Assembly (NCBI RefSeq): GCF_001457595.1
Contig: NZ_LN831039.1
Location: 4,230,001-4,262,000, forward strand
Reading direction: 5' to 3'
Source: Mycolicibacterium smegmatis
GTDB taxonomy: Bacteria > Actinomycetota > Actinomycetes > Mycobacteriales > Mycobacteriaceae
Length of the DNA: 32,000 nucleotides
Part shown: piece after piece, positions 9,978-18,053 of the stretch
How the letters are laid out: each line of letters opens with the position of its first letter
How positions within the stretch are numbered: position 1 is the first letter of the stretch
Translations under genes and position numbers: made by a program
The notes under the pieces: model-generated
The model's database searches: none
What the model saw: the letters and a program-made list of their open reading frames with translations, nothing else
What the model was told of the DNA's origin: nothing

Positions 9978-11762
9978 ATGCCCAGGCTCAACGGCGGACA
10001 GGTCATCGGCCGCATCCTGAAGGAGTACGGCGTTCCCTATGTGGCCGGCATTCCCGGCCACGGCATCTGGGGGCTGATGGACGCGTTCAACGAAGAGGAA
10101 TCGAAGATCCCCTTCATCCAGACCTACCACGAGCAGAGCGCCGTCCACCTCGCCGATGGCTTCTACCGCGTGTCCGGCAAGCCCATGGCCGCCGTCACGT
10201 CCATCGGCGCCGGGGCATCCAATACCGTGCTCGGCCTGGCGACCGCATACAGCGATTCCACCAGTGTCCTGGTGATCACCGGTGGTCCGCCGCGCCACAT
10301 GCGTGGCCGCGGCGTCCTCCAAGAGCTGGAACGCCAGAAGGACAATGGATTTCCGCAGGTGGCGGAGGCGGTGTCCAAGCGCAGCTGGGTGGCCAACAGC
10401 ATCGAAGACCTCCCGTTCATCATGCACCGGGCCTTCTCCACAATGCTGACCGGACGCCGCGGCCCCGCCCACATCGAGGTGCCCTGGGATCTGCATGCCG
10501 AGACTGCCGAGGTCAACTTCCACGACCTCGCCCGCCGGCTCCCCATCGGACTTCAGTACCCCGATCCAGAGGCGATCGAACGCGCCGTCGCGCTGCTGGG
10601 CACCGCCAAGCGGCCGGTGATCGTTGTCGGTGGCGGTGCGATCAGCGCCAACGCCACCGACGAGGTCCGCGCCCTGGCCGAAGGCCTCAACATTCCCGTC
10701 GCCACCACGTGGAACGGCAAGAGCGCGTTCCCCGAGGATCACGAACTGTTCATCGGCAGTGTCGGCCAGACCGGCACCATCCACGGCAACTACCTGGCGG
10801 CCAACGCCGACGTCGTGTTATCCATCGGATGTCGATTCACGGACTGGTCTGCCTCCAGTTACGCCAAGGGCAGATCTTTCTCCTTCCCGCCGGCCAAACT
10901 GATCCACATCGACATCGATCCGCACGAGATCGGCAAGATCTATCCCGCCGAGGTCGGGATCCTCGCCGACGCCAAGCCTGCCGTCGCGGCGATCGTCGCG
11001 TCCCTCGGCAGCACACCGGAGCGAACCGAGTACCTCGCCGAAGTCGCAGAACGCAAGGCGGACTGGGAAAATCAGCTTTCGGCCCGACGAGACACCGACC
11101 GGTTTCCCTTCACGCTGCAACGGCCGCTGCACGCACTACGCCAAGTGATGGACCGCAGCGGCATCGTGCTCGCCGGGTCGGGCAACACCCAGGGTGCGGT
11201 CAAGCAAACCTTCCCGGTGTATGAGCCCCGGACGCACCTGACCACCGGCGGCTTCTCCGCGATGGGCTGGCCGGTGCCCGCCGCGCTCGGCGCCAAGCTG
11301 GCCGCGCCCGAACGGCAGGTCGCCTGTATCACCGGTGACGGCGATTTTCTGATGACCGCGCAGGAGATCGGAGTCGCCGTCCAACACGACATTCCGGTCG
11401 TCTTCGTCGTGCAGGACAACTCGGGCTACATCTCGATCCGAGGCGGGCAGCGCAACGCAACCGACCGGATCATCGGCACGGAGTTCAACCGCCCGGACGG
11501 TTCGCCCTACAGCCCGAGCTTCAAGGACCTCGGAAAGTCCTTCGGGCTGGAATCGTTCCGCGTCGAGTCCGCGGCCGATCTCGAGCCGACGTTCAAGCGG
11601 GCGTTCGATGCTCAAGCTCCGGTCCTGGTCGAGGTTCCCACCGACCGCGACCTCGCCAGCCCGTTCGTGCCTGGATGGCTGGACTTCCCGCCTCTGCCCC
11701 ACATCACCGACGAGCGCGCAGACGAGTACCGCGAGATGCGTGCCGCCGAACAGCACCAGTAG
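9978..11762 (+). CDS. ThDP-dependent acetolactate synthase-like enzyme, 594 aa
   Basis: ATG at 9978 preceded by AAAAGGAGAG. YHEQSAVHLADGFYR contains the ThDP-activating Glu. ThDP/Mg motif GDGDFLMTAQEIGVAVQHDIPVVFVVQDNSGY. The listed ORF from 9225 extends implausibly upstream through the antisense pucR region. Confidence 0.88.
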   Translation: MPRLNGGQVIGRILKEYGVPYVAGIPGHGIWGLMDAFNEEESKIPFIQTYHEQSAVHLADGFYRVSGKPMAAVTSIGAGASNTVLGLATAYSDSTSVLVITGGPPRHMRGRGVLQELERQKDNGFPQVAEAVSKRSWVANSIEDLPFIMHRAFSTMLTGRRGPAHIEVPWDLHAETAEVNFHDLARRLPIGLQYPDPEAIERAVALLGTAKRPVIVVGGGAISANATDEVRALAEGLNIPVATTWNGKSAFPEDHELFIGSVGQTGTIHGNYLAANADVVLSIGCRFTDWSASSYAKGRSFSFPPAKLIHIDIDPHEIGKIYPAEVGILADAKPAVAAIVASLGSTPERTEYLAEVAERKADWENQLSARRDTDRFPFTLQRPLHALRQVMDRSGIVLAGSGNTQGAVKQTFPVYEPRTHLTTGGFSAMGWPVPAALGAKLAAPERQVACITGDGDFLMTAQEIGVAVQHDIPVVFVVQDNSGYISIRGGQRNATDRIIGTEFNRPDGSPYSPSFKDLGKSFGLESFRVESAADLEPTFKRAFDAQAPVLVEVPTDRDLASPFVPGWLDFPPLPHITDERADEYREMRAAEQHQ

Positions 11763-11776
11763 GCGACAACCTCCCG

Positions 11777-11812
11777 CGATCCGTCACCGCGTGCGCACGC
11801 GGTGACGGATCG
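11777..11812. terminator. Perfect 17-bp hairpin with 2-nt nominal loop; candidate terminator or attenuator
   Basis: CGATCCGTCACCGCGTG-CG-CACGCGGTGACGGATCG, 14 nt after the ThDP-enzyme stop. There is no strong U-tract. Confidence 0.5.
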
Positions 11813-11849
11813 TGCCGCTTTGACCCGAAACAGCCGAAAGGGGTTGACG

Positions 11850-12017
11850 ATGGGCCGTCCCGGGGTGAACGCCCTGTGGCTCACCGCTGTGACAGCCGTC
11901 TTTCTCGCCGGGTTGTGGACGCTCACCGCATACGGGTCGACTCACAAGCTGCCCGTCACGCCCAGCAGCAGTTATTCGGTAACAAACCCGCCGTGGTCCA
12001 CCACGACGGGTCGCTAG
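11850..12017 (+). CDS. Small predicted single-pass membrane peptide, 55 aa
   Basis: ATG with upstream GAAAGGGG. MGRPGVNALWLTAVTAVFLAGLWTLTAYGSTHKLPVTPSSSYSVTNPPWSTTTGR has one hydrophobic segment. It ends 11 nt before the AKR start. Confidence 0.5.
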   Translation: MGRPGVNALWLTAVTAVFLAGLWTLTAYGSTHKLPVTPSSSYSVTNPPWSTTTGR

Positions 12018-12028
12018 TAGAGGAACCC

Positions 12029-13066
12029 ATGCAACCTTCGGTAACACGGACCCATGCCCGCTCGGGACTCACCTTCACGGCCATCGGCTACGGCGGTGCT
12101 CCGATCGGCAATTTCAACGGCACCTTCACCGAGCTGGAAGCGTTGGCGATGGTGGACCAATCGTGGGATCAGGGCATCCGGTACTTCGACACCGCACCCG
12201 GGTACGGCAACGGCCTGAGCGAGCACCGCCTCGGACAAGCGCTCAGGCAGCACAACCGATCCGAATACGTGCTGTCCAGCAAGGTCGGGCGGGTACTGAC
12301 GCCGATGATCGGCGCTCCTGCGGGAAACGGTGACTACCTGGATATCCCACCGTTCGTCGCGACATACGACTACTCGTATGACGGCGTCATGCGTGCGGTC
12401 GAGCAGAGCATGCAACGCATGCTCACCGACCGGTTCGACGCGCTTTTCATCCACGACTGCGACGTCTACACCCACGGTGACGCCCAACCCGAGTACTTCC
12501 GCCAGGCCATCGTCAGCGGATTCCCGGCACTGGAGATGTTGCGCGACCAGGGTGTGGTGCAGGCGATCGGGTTCGGTGTCAACGAAACCGACGTGATGTT
12601 GGACGCGGTCAAAGCTGTCGACGTCGACATCTGTCTGCTGGCAGGCCGCTACACACTTCTCGAACAGCAACCACTCGACGACCTGTTGCCGTTGTGTGAA
12701 GACCGCGGCGTGGGAATCGTGTTGGGCGGCGTGTACAACAGCGGCGTGCTCGCAACCGGCGCCGTGGACGGTGCCCGCTTCAACTATGGCCCAGCCCCCG
12801 CCGACATCCTCGACAAGACCCGCGCACTCGAAAGCGTCTGCAACGAGTTCGAAGTGCCGCTGCCAGCCGTTGCACTCCAGTTCGCCTATGCCCACCCCGT
12901 TGTCACCAGCGTGTGCCTGGGCGCCCGTAATCCCGGCCAACAGGCCCGCAACGCCGACCTTTTCGGGACGGAGATCCCCGTGGATCTCTGGGATGAACTC
13001 CGCTCCCGCCGCCTGATTCGCGAAGACGCCCCGACACCAAGTGCGCGTTCCGCAGAGCGAGATTGA
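12029..13066 (+). CDS. Aldo/keto reductase (D-threo-aldose/L-fucose dehydrogenase-like), 345 aa
   Basis: IGYGGAPIGNF, GIRYFDTAPGYGNGLSEHRLGQAL, VLSSKVGR, FIHDCD, GVYNSGVLATG. Start chosen after AGAGGAACCC. Confidence 0.85.
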   Translation: MQPSVTRTHARSGLTFTAIGYGGAPIGNFNGTFTELEALAMVDQSWDQGIRYFDTAPGYGNGLSEHRLGQALRQHNRSEYVLSSKVGRVLTPMIGAPAGNGDYLDIPPFVATYDYSYDGVMRAVEQSMQRMLTDRFDALFIHDCDVYTHGDAQPEYFRQAIVSGFPALEMLRDQGVVQAIGFGVNETDVMLDAVKAVDVDICLLAGRYTLLEQQPLDDLLPLCEDRGVGIVLGGVYNSGVLATGAVDGARFNYGPAPADILDKTRALESVCNEFEVPLPAVALQFAYAHPVVTSVCLGARNPGQQARNADLFGTEIPVDLWDELRSRRLIREDAPTPSARSAERD

Positions 13067-13074
13067 GCGAAACG

Positions 13075-13112
13075 CCAGAAGGGGCGGCGCCGACAGGCGC
13101 CGCCCCTTCTGG
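13075..13112. terminator. Bidirectional terminator hairpin, perfect 17-bp stem with GACA loop
   Basis: CCAGAAGGGGCGGCGCC-GACA-GGCGCCGCCCCTTCTGG between the convergent AKR and GMC2 genes. Confidence 0.75.
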
Positions 13113-13113
13113 T

Positions 13114-14697
13114 CTATTGCGCGGCCGACGCGATATCCGGGGCGACACGCAGCGCGTTCGCCGCGATCGTCAAAGCGGGGTTCAATGCCGCCGACGACGG
13201 GAAGAACGAACCGTCCACGAGCCATAGGTTTTCCACGTCATGGCTTCGGCATTGTCCGTTCAGTACGCTGCGCGCGGGGTCATGGCCCGCCACTGCCGTG
13301 CCACACATATGCGAATTGGTCTCGATGCCCATCCGCTGCGTCAGCACGATCGGATAGCCGGCCCGTCGTACGGCCTTGGTAACCCGCCTCACCAACTCCC
13401 GGTGCGGCGCAACATTGTTCGGTCGCCACCGCACGTAGATGTGACGATCATCCACGGTCACTCGGTTGTCGAGCCGCGGAAGGTCTTCTGTGGTGAGGTA
13501 GATGTCCAGGCTGCGGTCCGTGGCCATCTTCAGCGCCCACATCGGCGCCCACGGCCGGGCATTCTTGATCATGGCGGCCTGCAGCTTGCCGAGCATCTGC
13601 AGGTTGCCCAACGGATACTCGTTGTCCGGTCCGGCGGTGTACCAGTCGTTGAGCCCCAACGTCTTCTGCCATGCCGTGGTGTTTCGCCGACGGGGGTCGA
13701 TCGCAATGAAGAAAGTGCTGTTGTGGACCATGTAGTTTCGTCCGAGCAGACCCGAGGAGTTCGCGAGACCATCCGGGTGTTGAGGAGTCGACGAGCGCAG
13801 CAGGATGGCTGCGGTGTTCACCGCGCCGGCCGAGATCACGAACTGCTTGGCCTCGATCCGGACCGTCCGGCTGCCGCTCACCGCTTCGGCTGCCACAACC
13901 GTGCGACCGTCCGGCGATGTCAGGAGGCGCGTGACCTTGGAGTCGACGAGAAGCCGAACATTTTTCTCATGCAACGCAGGTCGCAGGGCCCGATTTTCGG
14001 CCTCGCTCTTCACGTCGGACTCAGACGGACAGCCGTCGGATGTGGTCGACGCGCGTCGTTGCTCGTCGGTGTCGAGATTCATCCCGTTCGGGGTGTGGAA
14101 GGGATGCAGCCCCTGACGCTTGAGAGACCCCGAGAAACGCTCGATCACCGGTTCGTGTGCGAGCGGCGGATGTGGATAGGGCTGTGAGTGCGGCGGTTCC
14201 GTCGGGTCTTCGTCGGTGGTCCCGTGCACCTCGAAGAGGCGCTCCGCTTCGCAGTAATACGGTTCGAGGTCGTCGTAGTTGAACGGCCATGCCGGTGAGG
14301 TTCCGTCGTGATGGATGATCTCGCCGAAATCCTCGCGGCGGAATCTGGGCAGGCTCGCACCGTAGAACTTCGTGTTGCCGCCGACCCAGTAGTACGTGCC
14401 CGGCTGGAAGGGTTCACCCGTGCGGGCATCGATCCACGGTTCGGCCGTCTTGTAGCGCCCGTGGATGTGCATCTCTTCGGGCATCGAATTCTCGGGTTCG
14501 CGGGGCAGGAAATGCCCCCGCTCGACCACCAGGACATCCCGGCCGGACTGACTCAACGCATAGGCGAGCGTCGAACCACCCATTCCAGAGCCGACGATGA
14601 CGATGTCAGCCGTGAAGACGTCCGAGTCCGACGCCCGCACAACGGCACCCTCTCGAAGGGGTGCGTACTCGTCGTTCGGTCGAGCGGTCAATGCCAT
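13114..14697 (-). CDS. GMC-family oxidoreductase (paralog 2), 527 aa, lacking the four-Cys segment of paralog 1
   Basis: IVIVGSGMGGSTLAYALSQSGRDVLVVERG, YYWVGGNTKFYGASLPRFR, C-terminal SHMCGTAVAGHDP...NLWLVDGSFFPSSAALNPALTIAANAL. Confidence 0.88.
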   Translation of the reverse strand: MALTARPNDEYAPLREGAVVRASDSDVFTADIVIVGSGMGGSTLAYALSQSGRDVLVVERGHFLPREPENSMPEEMHIHGRYKTAEPWIDARTGEPFQPGTYYWVGGNTKFYGASLPRFRREDFGEIIHHDGTSPAWPFNYDDLEPYYCEAERLFEVHGTTDEDPTEPPHSQPYPHPPLAHEPVIERFSGSLKRQGLHPFHTPNGMNLDTDEQRRASTTSDGCPSESDVKSEAENRALRPALHEKNVRLLVDSKVTRLLTSPDGRTVVAAEAVSGSRTVRIEAKQFVISAGAVNTAAILLRSSTPQHPDGLANSSGLLGRNYMVHNSTFFIAIDPRRRNTTAWQKTLGLNDWYTAGPDNEYPLGNLQMLGKLQAAMIKNARPWAPMWALKMATDRSLDIYLTTEDLPRLDNRVTVDDRHIYVRWRPNNVAPHRELVRRVTKAVRRAGYPIVLTQRMGIETNSHMCGTAVAGHDPARSVLNGQCRSHDVENLWLVDGSFFPSSAALNPALTIAANALRVAPDIASAAQ

Positions 14698-15160
14698 TGC
14701 GGAAATCCTCTGTTCGTTGCCGGCCGTCGTGCCTCCGAATCGTCCTGATGCGCGACATGGTTGCCCGGGTCGGCAAGGTGCTCGTGCGACGTTATACCGA
14801 TGACGTTATGAGGTGCGCAACGCCGTAGCCAGACACAAGATGTGGCATGTTCTCCGGCTTTTGGACACAAACTGTGCATAGACCTCATCAAGCGACCCCA
14901 AGTGGATTGGGCGGCGCTGGGCTGCTTAGCGATACCGGTGGTCACGCAGTGGGCGGGCAGCGTCCGCAGCGGCGAGCCAGAATCGACGTTGGAAGAAGTC
15001 CCCGAGTTTTACAGGACCAGATCTGCAAGTGATCTGCGGTAACCGTGTAGCGATGGTTACGAAGCGCGGAGTCGACACGGACGTCGCCAGTCGGCATCGC
15101 ACCAGAGCGACACATACAGAGGCCCGGATAGACGGATCACAAGGGCGGCAAGAGCCGAAG

Positions 15161-15219
15161 ACGTATGACCTAATCCGAGCTTCGTGTCATACATGCCAAA
15201 ACATATGACATTTCGCTGA
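15161..15219 (+). repeat. Direct repeat copy 1, 59 bp
   Basis: gacgtatgacctaatccgagcttcgtgtcatacatgccaaaacatatgacatttcgctg; 53/59 identical by eye to 18148-18206. Confidence 0.85.
15186..15211. promoter_or_regulatory. Palindromic site, copy 1: TGTCATACATGCCAAAACATATGACA
   Basis: TGTCAT...ATGACA arms, part of a 59-bp sequence repeated at 18148-18206. Confidence 0.45.
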
Positions 15220-15633
15220 AATTGGGCGTCTACAACGGAGGGGTAGGGTCCCAATCTCGATGTCATTTGGGTCTGCTGCACGAACAGGTGACAGTGATCC
15301 GCCCCGGCATGTCGGGAGGTTCTCTTATCTGAGTGCCTCCTCGGCATGAGGGTGCCGTTGGCGATGGTAGTAGAGCGCTTCGGCCCGATCGGGGGTCAGG
15401 TCCTGGCAGTAGCCGTTGGGTCGCTGACGGTTGTAGAAGGCCACCCATTCGGCGGTCCCCAGCGCCAGTTCGGTGGCACCGGGATAGAGCGGCTGGCGGT
15501 CGATGAGTTCGGTCTTGTAGCTGCTGTTCACCGATTCGGCCAGAGCATTATCGAAACTATCCCCGACGGATCCGACTGAAGGCAGGATCCCCTCAGCGGC
15601 CAGACGTTCGGTGAACGCGACCGCGGTGTATTG

Positions 15634-17088
15634 GGCGGATTCAATCGGTGGTCGCAACACCGGCTTGATGAAGTGAGTGTAGGTGTTCGGCGAAGGCTTC
15701 CGCGGGAGTGCGCCAGCCGAGGGTTTTCCGCGGCCTGGTGTTGAGGGTATGGGCGATCGCTGCCACGTCCTCGGCCGACCATCTTGAGAGGTCGGTCCCT
15801 TTTGGAAAGTATTGGCGTAACAGGCCATTGGTGTTCTCATTGGTACCGCGCTGCCACGGACTCTTCGGATCAGCGAAGAACACCTTGACTCCGGAGGCGA
15901 CCGAGAACTGGGCGTGCGCCGACAGTTCCTTGCCCCGGTCCCAGGTCAACGACCGACGCAGTTGCGCGGGCAACGTGGTGATCGTCTGTTCCAGAGCGTT
16001 GGCCATCGTGATGGCGCCATAGCCGGCCAACGCCGGCCCGTTCTTGGTCCGCGGAATTATCCCGTAACCAACTTCACGTGGCAGATGGACCAGCATGGTG
16101 AACCGGCTGCTGCGCTCGACCAGCGTGCCGATTGCACTGCGCTGCAAGCCAATCAGGAGATCACCCTCCCAATGTCCGGGAACAGCGCGATCATCGACCT
16201 CGGGTGGGCGTTGGCTGATCAACGTCTCAGGGGTGACATGGGCCCACGCCTTGGACCGCGTTCGTGCCCGCGGTACCCGCAGTGCCCGGCCTCGGCGCAG
16301 GCAGCTGACCAGATCCCGCTTCAGCGCACCGCGAGATTCGACGTACAGCGCTTGATAGATGGCCTCGTGGCTGATCCGCATAGTCACATCATCGGGGAAG
16401 TCCAGCGGGAGCCGTCGAGCGATCTGTTCTGGACTCCATGCCTGCACCCAGGCCCGATCACCCCGGTGCGGCTTGTTGCGTCCCTTCCACGGGGCGGCGG
16501 CGGGACCGACGATGACCTGGCCATCAGCGCCGCGAACGACGCCGGACAGTTTGTCCTGGACGTACTGACGCAGCCGGTCGTTGCTAACGAGCTTGGCGGT
16601 CTTGGGGCGGCGGGCGCGCCGCTCGGCGTGCCACTGCGCAGTGGAGGCCTTATAGTCGAGTCGATAGGTGCGGGTCGAGGCATTGCGGCGCAACTCCCGT
16701 GAGATGGTCGACGGTGCACGCTTGAGCCGCCGGGCGATCTCACGCACCCCGGCGCCCTGGGCGCGCCACAACGCGATGTTCTCACGTTCATCCGAGGACA
16801 GGTAACGTCCCGAAACTGTTTCTGGCAAGCATGGATTCACTCCACCAGCGTGACGGAACCAGCGGAACCCAACCGGCGACGACACGCCCGCTTCGGCAGC
16901 GGCGTCCTCAGTCATAGCCCCCGCAGCGATCGCCGCCCAGAACCTCACCCGATCCTGACGCCACGCCACCGACGGCCGACCCGGAGACGGAATCTGTCCC
17001 CGATACAACCGAACCGCCCGCTGCCGATCCAACACACCCATTCCACACCTCCATAATCGAGGTGTTGCGACGATCAGTTGAATCCGCC
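15634..17088 (-). mobile_element. IS30-family insertion sequence, 1455 bp
   Basis: 28-bp terminal IRs, 24/28 matching: ggcggattcaatcggtggtcgcaacacc (15634-15661) versus the reverse complement of 17061-17088. Flanked by 3-bp TTG direct repeats at 15631-15633 and 17089-17091. Confidence 0.92.
15641..17041 (-). CDS. IS30-family transposase, 466 aa from ATG 17041
   Basis: YLSSDERENIALWRAQGAGVREIARRLKRAPSTISRELRRNA, WSPEQIARRLPLDFPDD, RAVPGHWEGDLLIG, LTWDRGKELSAHAQF, FFADPKSPWQRGTNENTNGLLRQYFPKGTDLS. Preceded by GGAGG. The stop lies inside the left IR. The longer 551-aa ORF starts outside the element, in out-of-frame IS3 sequence. Confidence 0.93.
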   Translation of the reverse strand: MGVLDRQRAVRLYRGQIPSPGRPSVAWRQDRVRFWAAIAAGAMTEDAAAEAGVSSPVGFRWFRHAGGVNPCLPETVSGRYLSSDERENIALWRAQGAGVREIARRLKRAPSTISRELRRNASTRTYRLDYKASTAQWHAERRARRPKTAKLVSNDRLRQYVQDKLSGVVRGADGQVIVGPAAAPWKGRNKPHRGDRAWVQAWSPEQIARRLPLDFPDDVTMRISHEAIYQALYVESRGALKRDLVSCLRRGRALRVPRARTRSKAWAHVTPETLISQRPPEVDDRAVPGHWEGDLLIGLQRSAIGTLVERSSRFTMLVHLPREVGYGIIPRTKNGPALAGYGAITMANALEQTITTLPAQLRRSLTWDRGKELSAHAQFSVASGVKVFFADPKSPWQRGTNENTNGLLRQYFPKGTDLSRWSAEDVAAIAHTLNTRPRKTLGWRTPAEAFAEHLHSLHQAGVATTD

Positions 17089-17726
17089 TTGCGAGCCCGC
17101 GTCGCTGTGGTGGATAAGTGAATCCAAAGATGCTGCACCCGAACGCTTTCTGGTGTCGATCGCATCGGTCACCAGCTTCTGGGTCATCTCGGTAGCCACC
17201 TTCCAACCCACGATCTTGCGGGCATAGACATCGGTGACGAACGCCGTGTAGGCCCAGCCGGCACGAGTCCGGCAGTAGGTGAAATCGGCCACCCACAATC
17301 GGTCAGGCGCACCGGCGACGAAATTACGCCGGACCCGATCCGGGGCTCGCGTCGCTGCCGGATCGGCGACGGTGGTGCGCACCCGCCGGCGCTTGCACGC
17401 ACCCCGCCAACCCATCTCCCGCATGACCCGTTCCACGACACAGCGCGATACGTCGATACCATTGGTGCGCAATACAATCCATGTCTTACGAGCGCCCAGG
17501 ACTCGGTACAGACTCTGCGATTGGCGAAGCTGCCAGATCGCATCGATCACCTGCGCATCGGCCCAGTCGGCTTTCGAGGGGCCCTGACGGGCGCGGTGGG
17601 CGTAATACGTCGACGGGGCGATCGTGACGCCGTACTCGGAAAGCACAGCGCACATCGACTCGACACCCCACTTGAGACCATCAACGCCCACCCGCATGTG
17701 CTGGTGGGCGCTGATGAACTCCACGA

Positions 17727-18053
17727 CTACTGAGAGGGCCGGTCGAGCTCGGCGGCGAAGAAAACCGAGGCCGCCTTCAAGATCGCGTTGGCCCGCTTGA
17801 GTTCGGCATTCTCCCGGCGCAGCTTGCGCAGGACCTCGGATTCCTCGCTGGTCTGCCCCGCCCGAGAGCCGGCGTCGATCTCAGCCTGGCGGACCCATTT
17901 GCGCACCGTTTCGGCAGTACCGACGCCCAGCAGGTCAGCAACCCGGCCCATCGCCTCCCACTCCGAAACTGTCTCGCTGCGCAGATCGGCCACCATCTGC
18001 ACCGCCCGCACCTTCAGCTCGTCTGGATACCGCCTCGATGACTTCGATCCCAC
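17727..18053 (-). CDS. IS3-family transposase orfA, 108 aa
   Basis: RRYPDELKVRAVQMVADLR...VADLLGVGTAETVRKWVRQAEIDAG...LRRENAELKRANAILKAASVFFAAELDRP: HTH plus leucine-zipper-like region. orfB is in the -1 frame relative to it. Confidence 0.88.
   Translation of the reverse strand: MGSKSSRRYPDELKVRAVQMVADLRSETVSEWEAMGRVADLLGVGTAETVRKWVRQAEIDAGSRAGQTSEESEVLRKLRRENAELKRANAILKAASVFFAAELDRPSQ

Larger units (their letters stand above)
15325..17724 (-). pseudogene. IS3-family transposase orfB split by the IS30-family insertion (5' part about 17089-17724, 3' part 15325-15633)
   Basis: The 5' part encodes ...LWVADFTYCRTRAGWAYTAFVTDVYARKIVGW...LIHHSDAGSQ. The 3' part encodes YTAVAFTERLAAEGILPSVGSVGDSFDNALAESVNSSYKTELI...NRQRPNGYCQDLTPDRAEALYY and ends at TAA 15325. 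The joined parts are in frame. Confidence 0.9.

Noticed and set aside
9851-11224. 457-aa plus-strand ORF overlapping the ThDP-enzyme gene
   Set aside because: Shadow frame of the real coding sequence; arginine/proline-rich and lacking motifs.
9978-11762. Calling the ThDP enzyme Xsc and the cluster a sulfonate degradation pathway
   Set aside because: Only family-level similarity is visible; no phosphotransacetylase, sulfolactate lyase or sulfite handling genes are in the window.
12014-13225. 403-aa minus-strand ORF opposite the aldo/keto reductase
   Set aside because: Antisense shadow of a gene with clear AKR motifs.
14842-15042. Two small ORFs (66 aa and 61 aa) in the gap upstream of GMC2
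   Set aside because: Overlapping frames, no recognisable motif, no convincing ribosome-binding site; treated as noncoding.
15634-15840. N-terminal part of the 171-aa ORF at 15325-15840
   Set aside because: Encoded by IS30 sequence in a non-transposase frame; only the portion from YTAVAF onward is IS3 transposase.
17042-17296. N-terminal part of the 551-aa IS30 transposase ORF
   Set aside because: Lies partly outside the IS30 IR and reads the IS3 transposase gene out of frame; the IS30 protein starts at 17041 after GGAGG.
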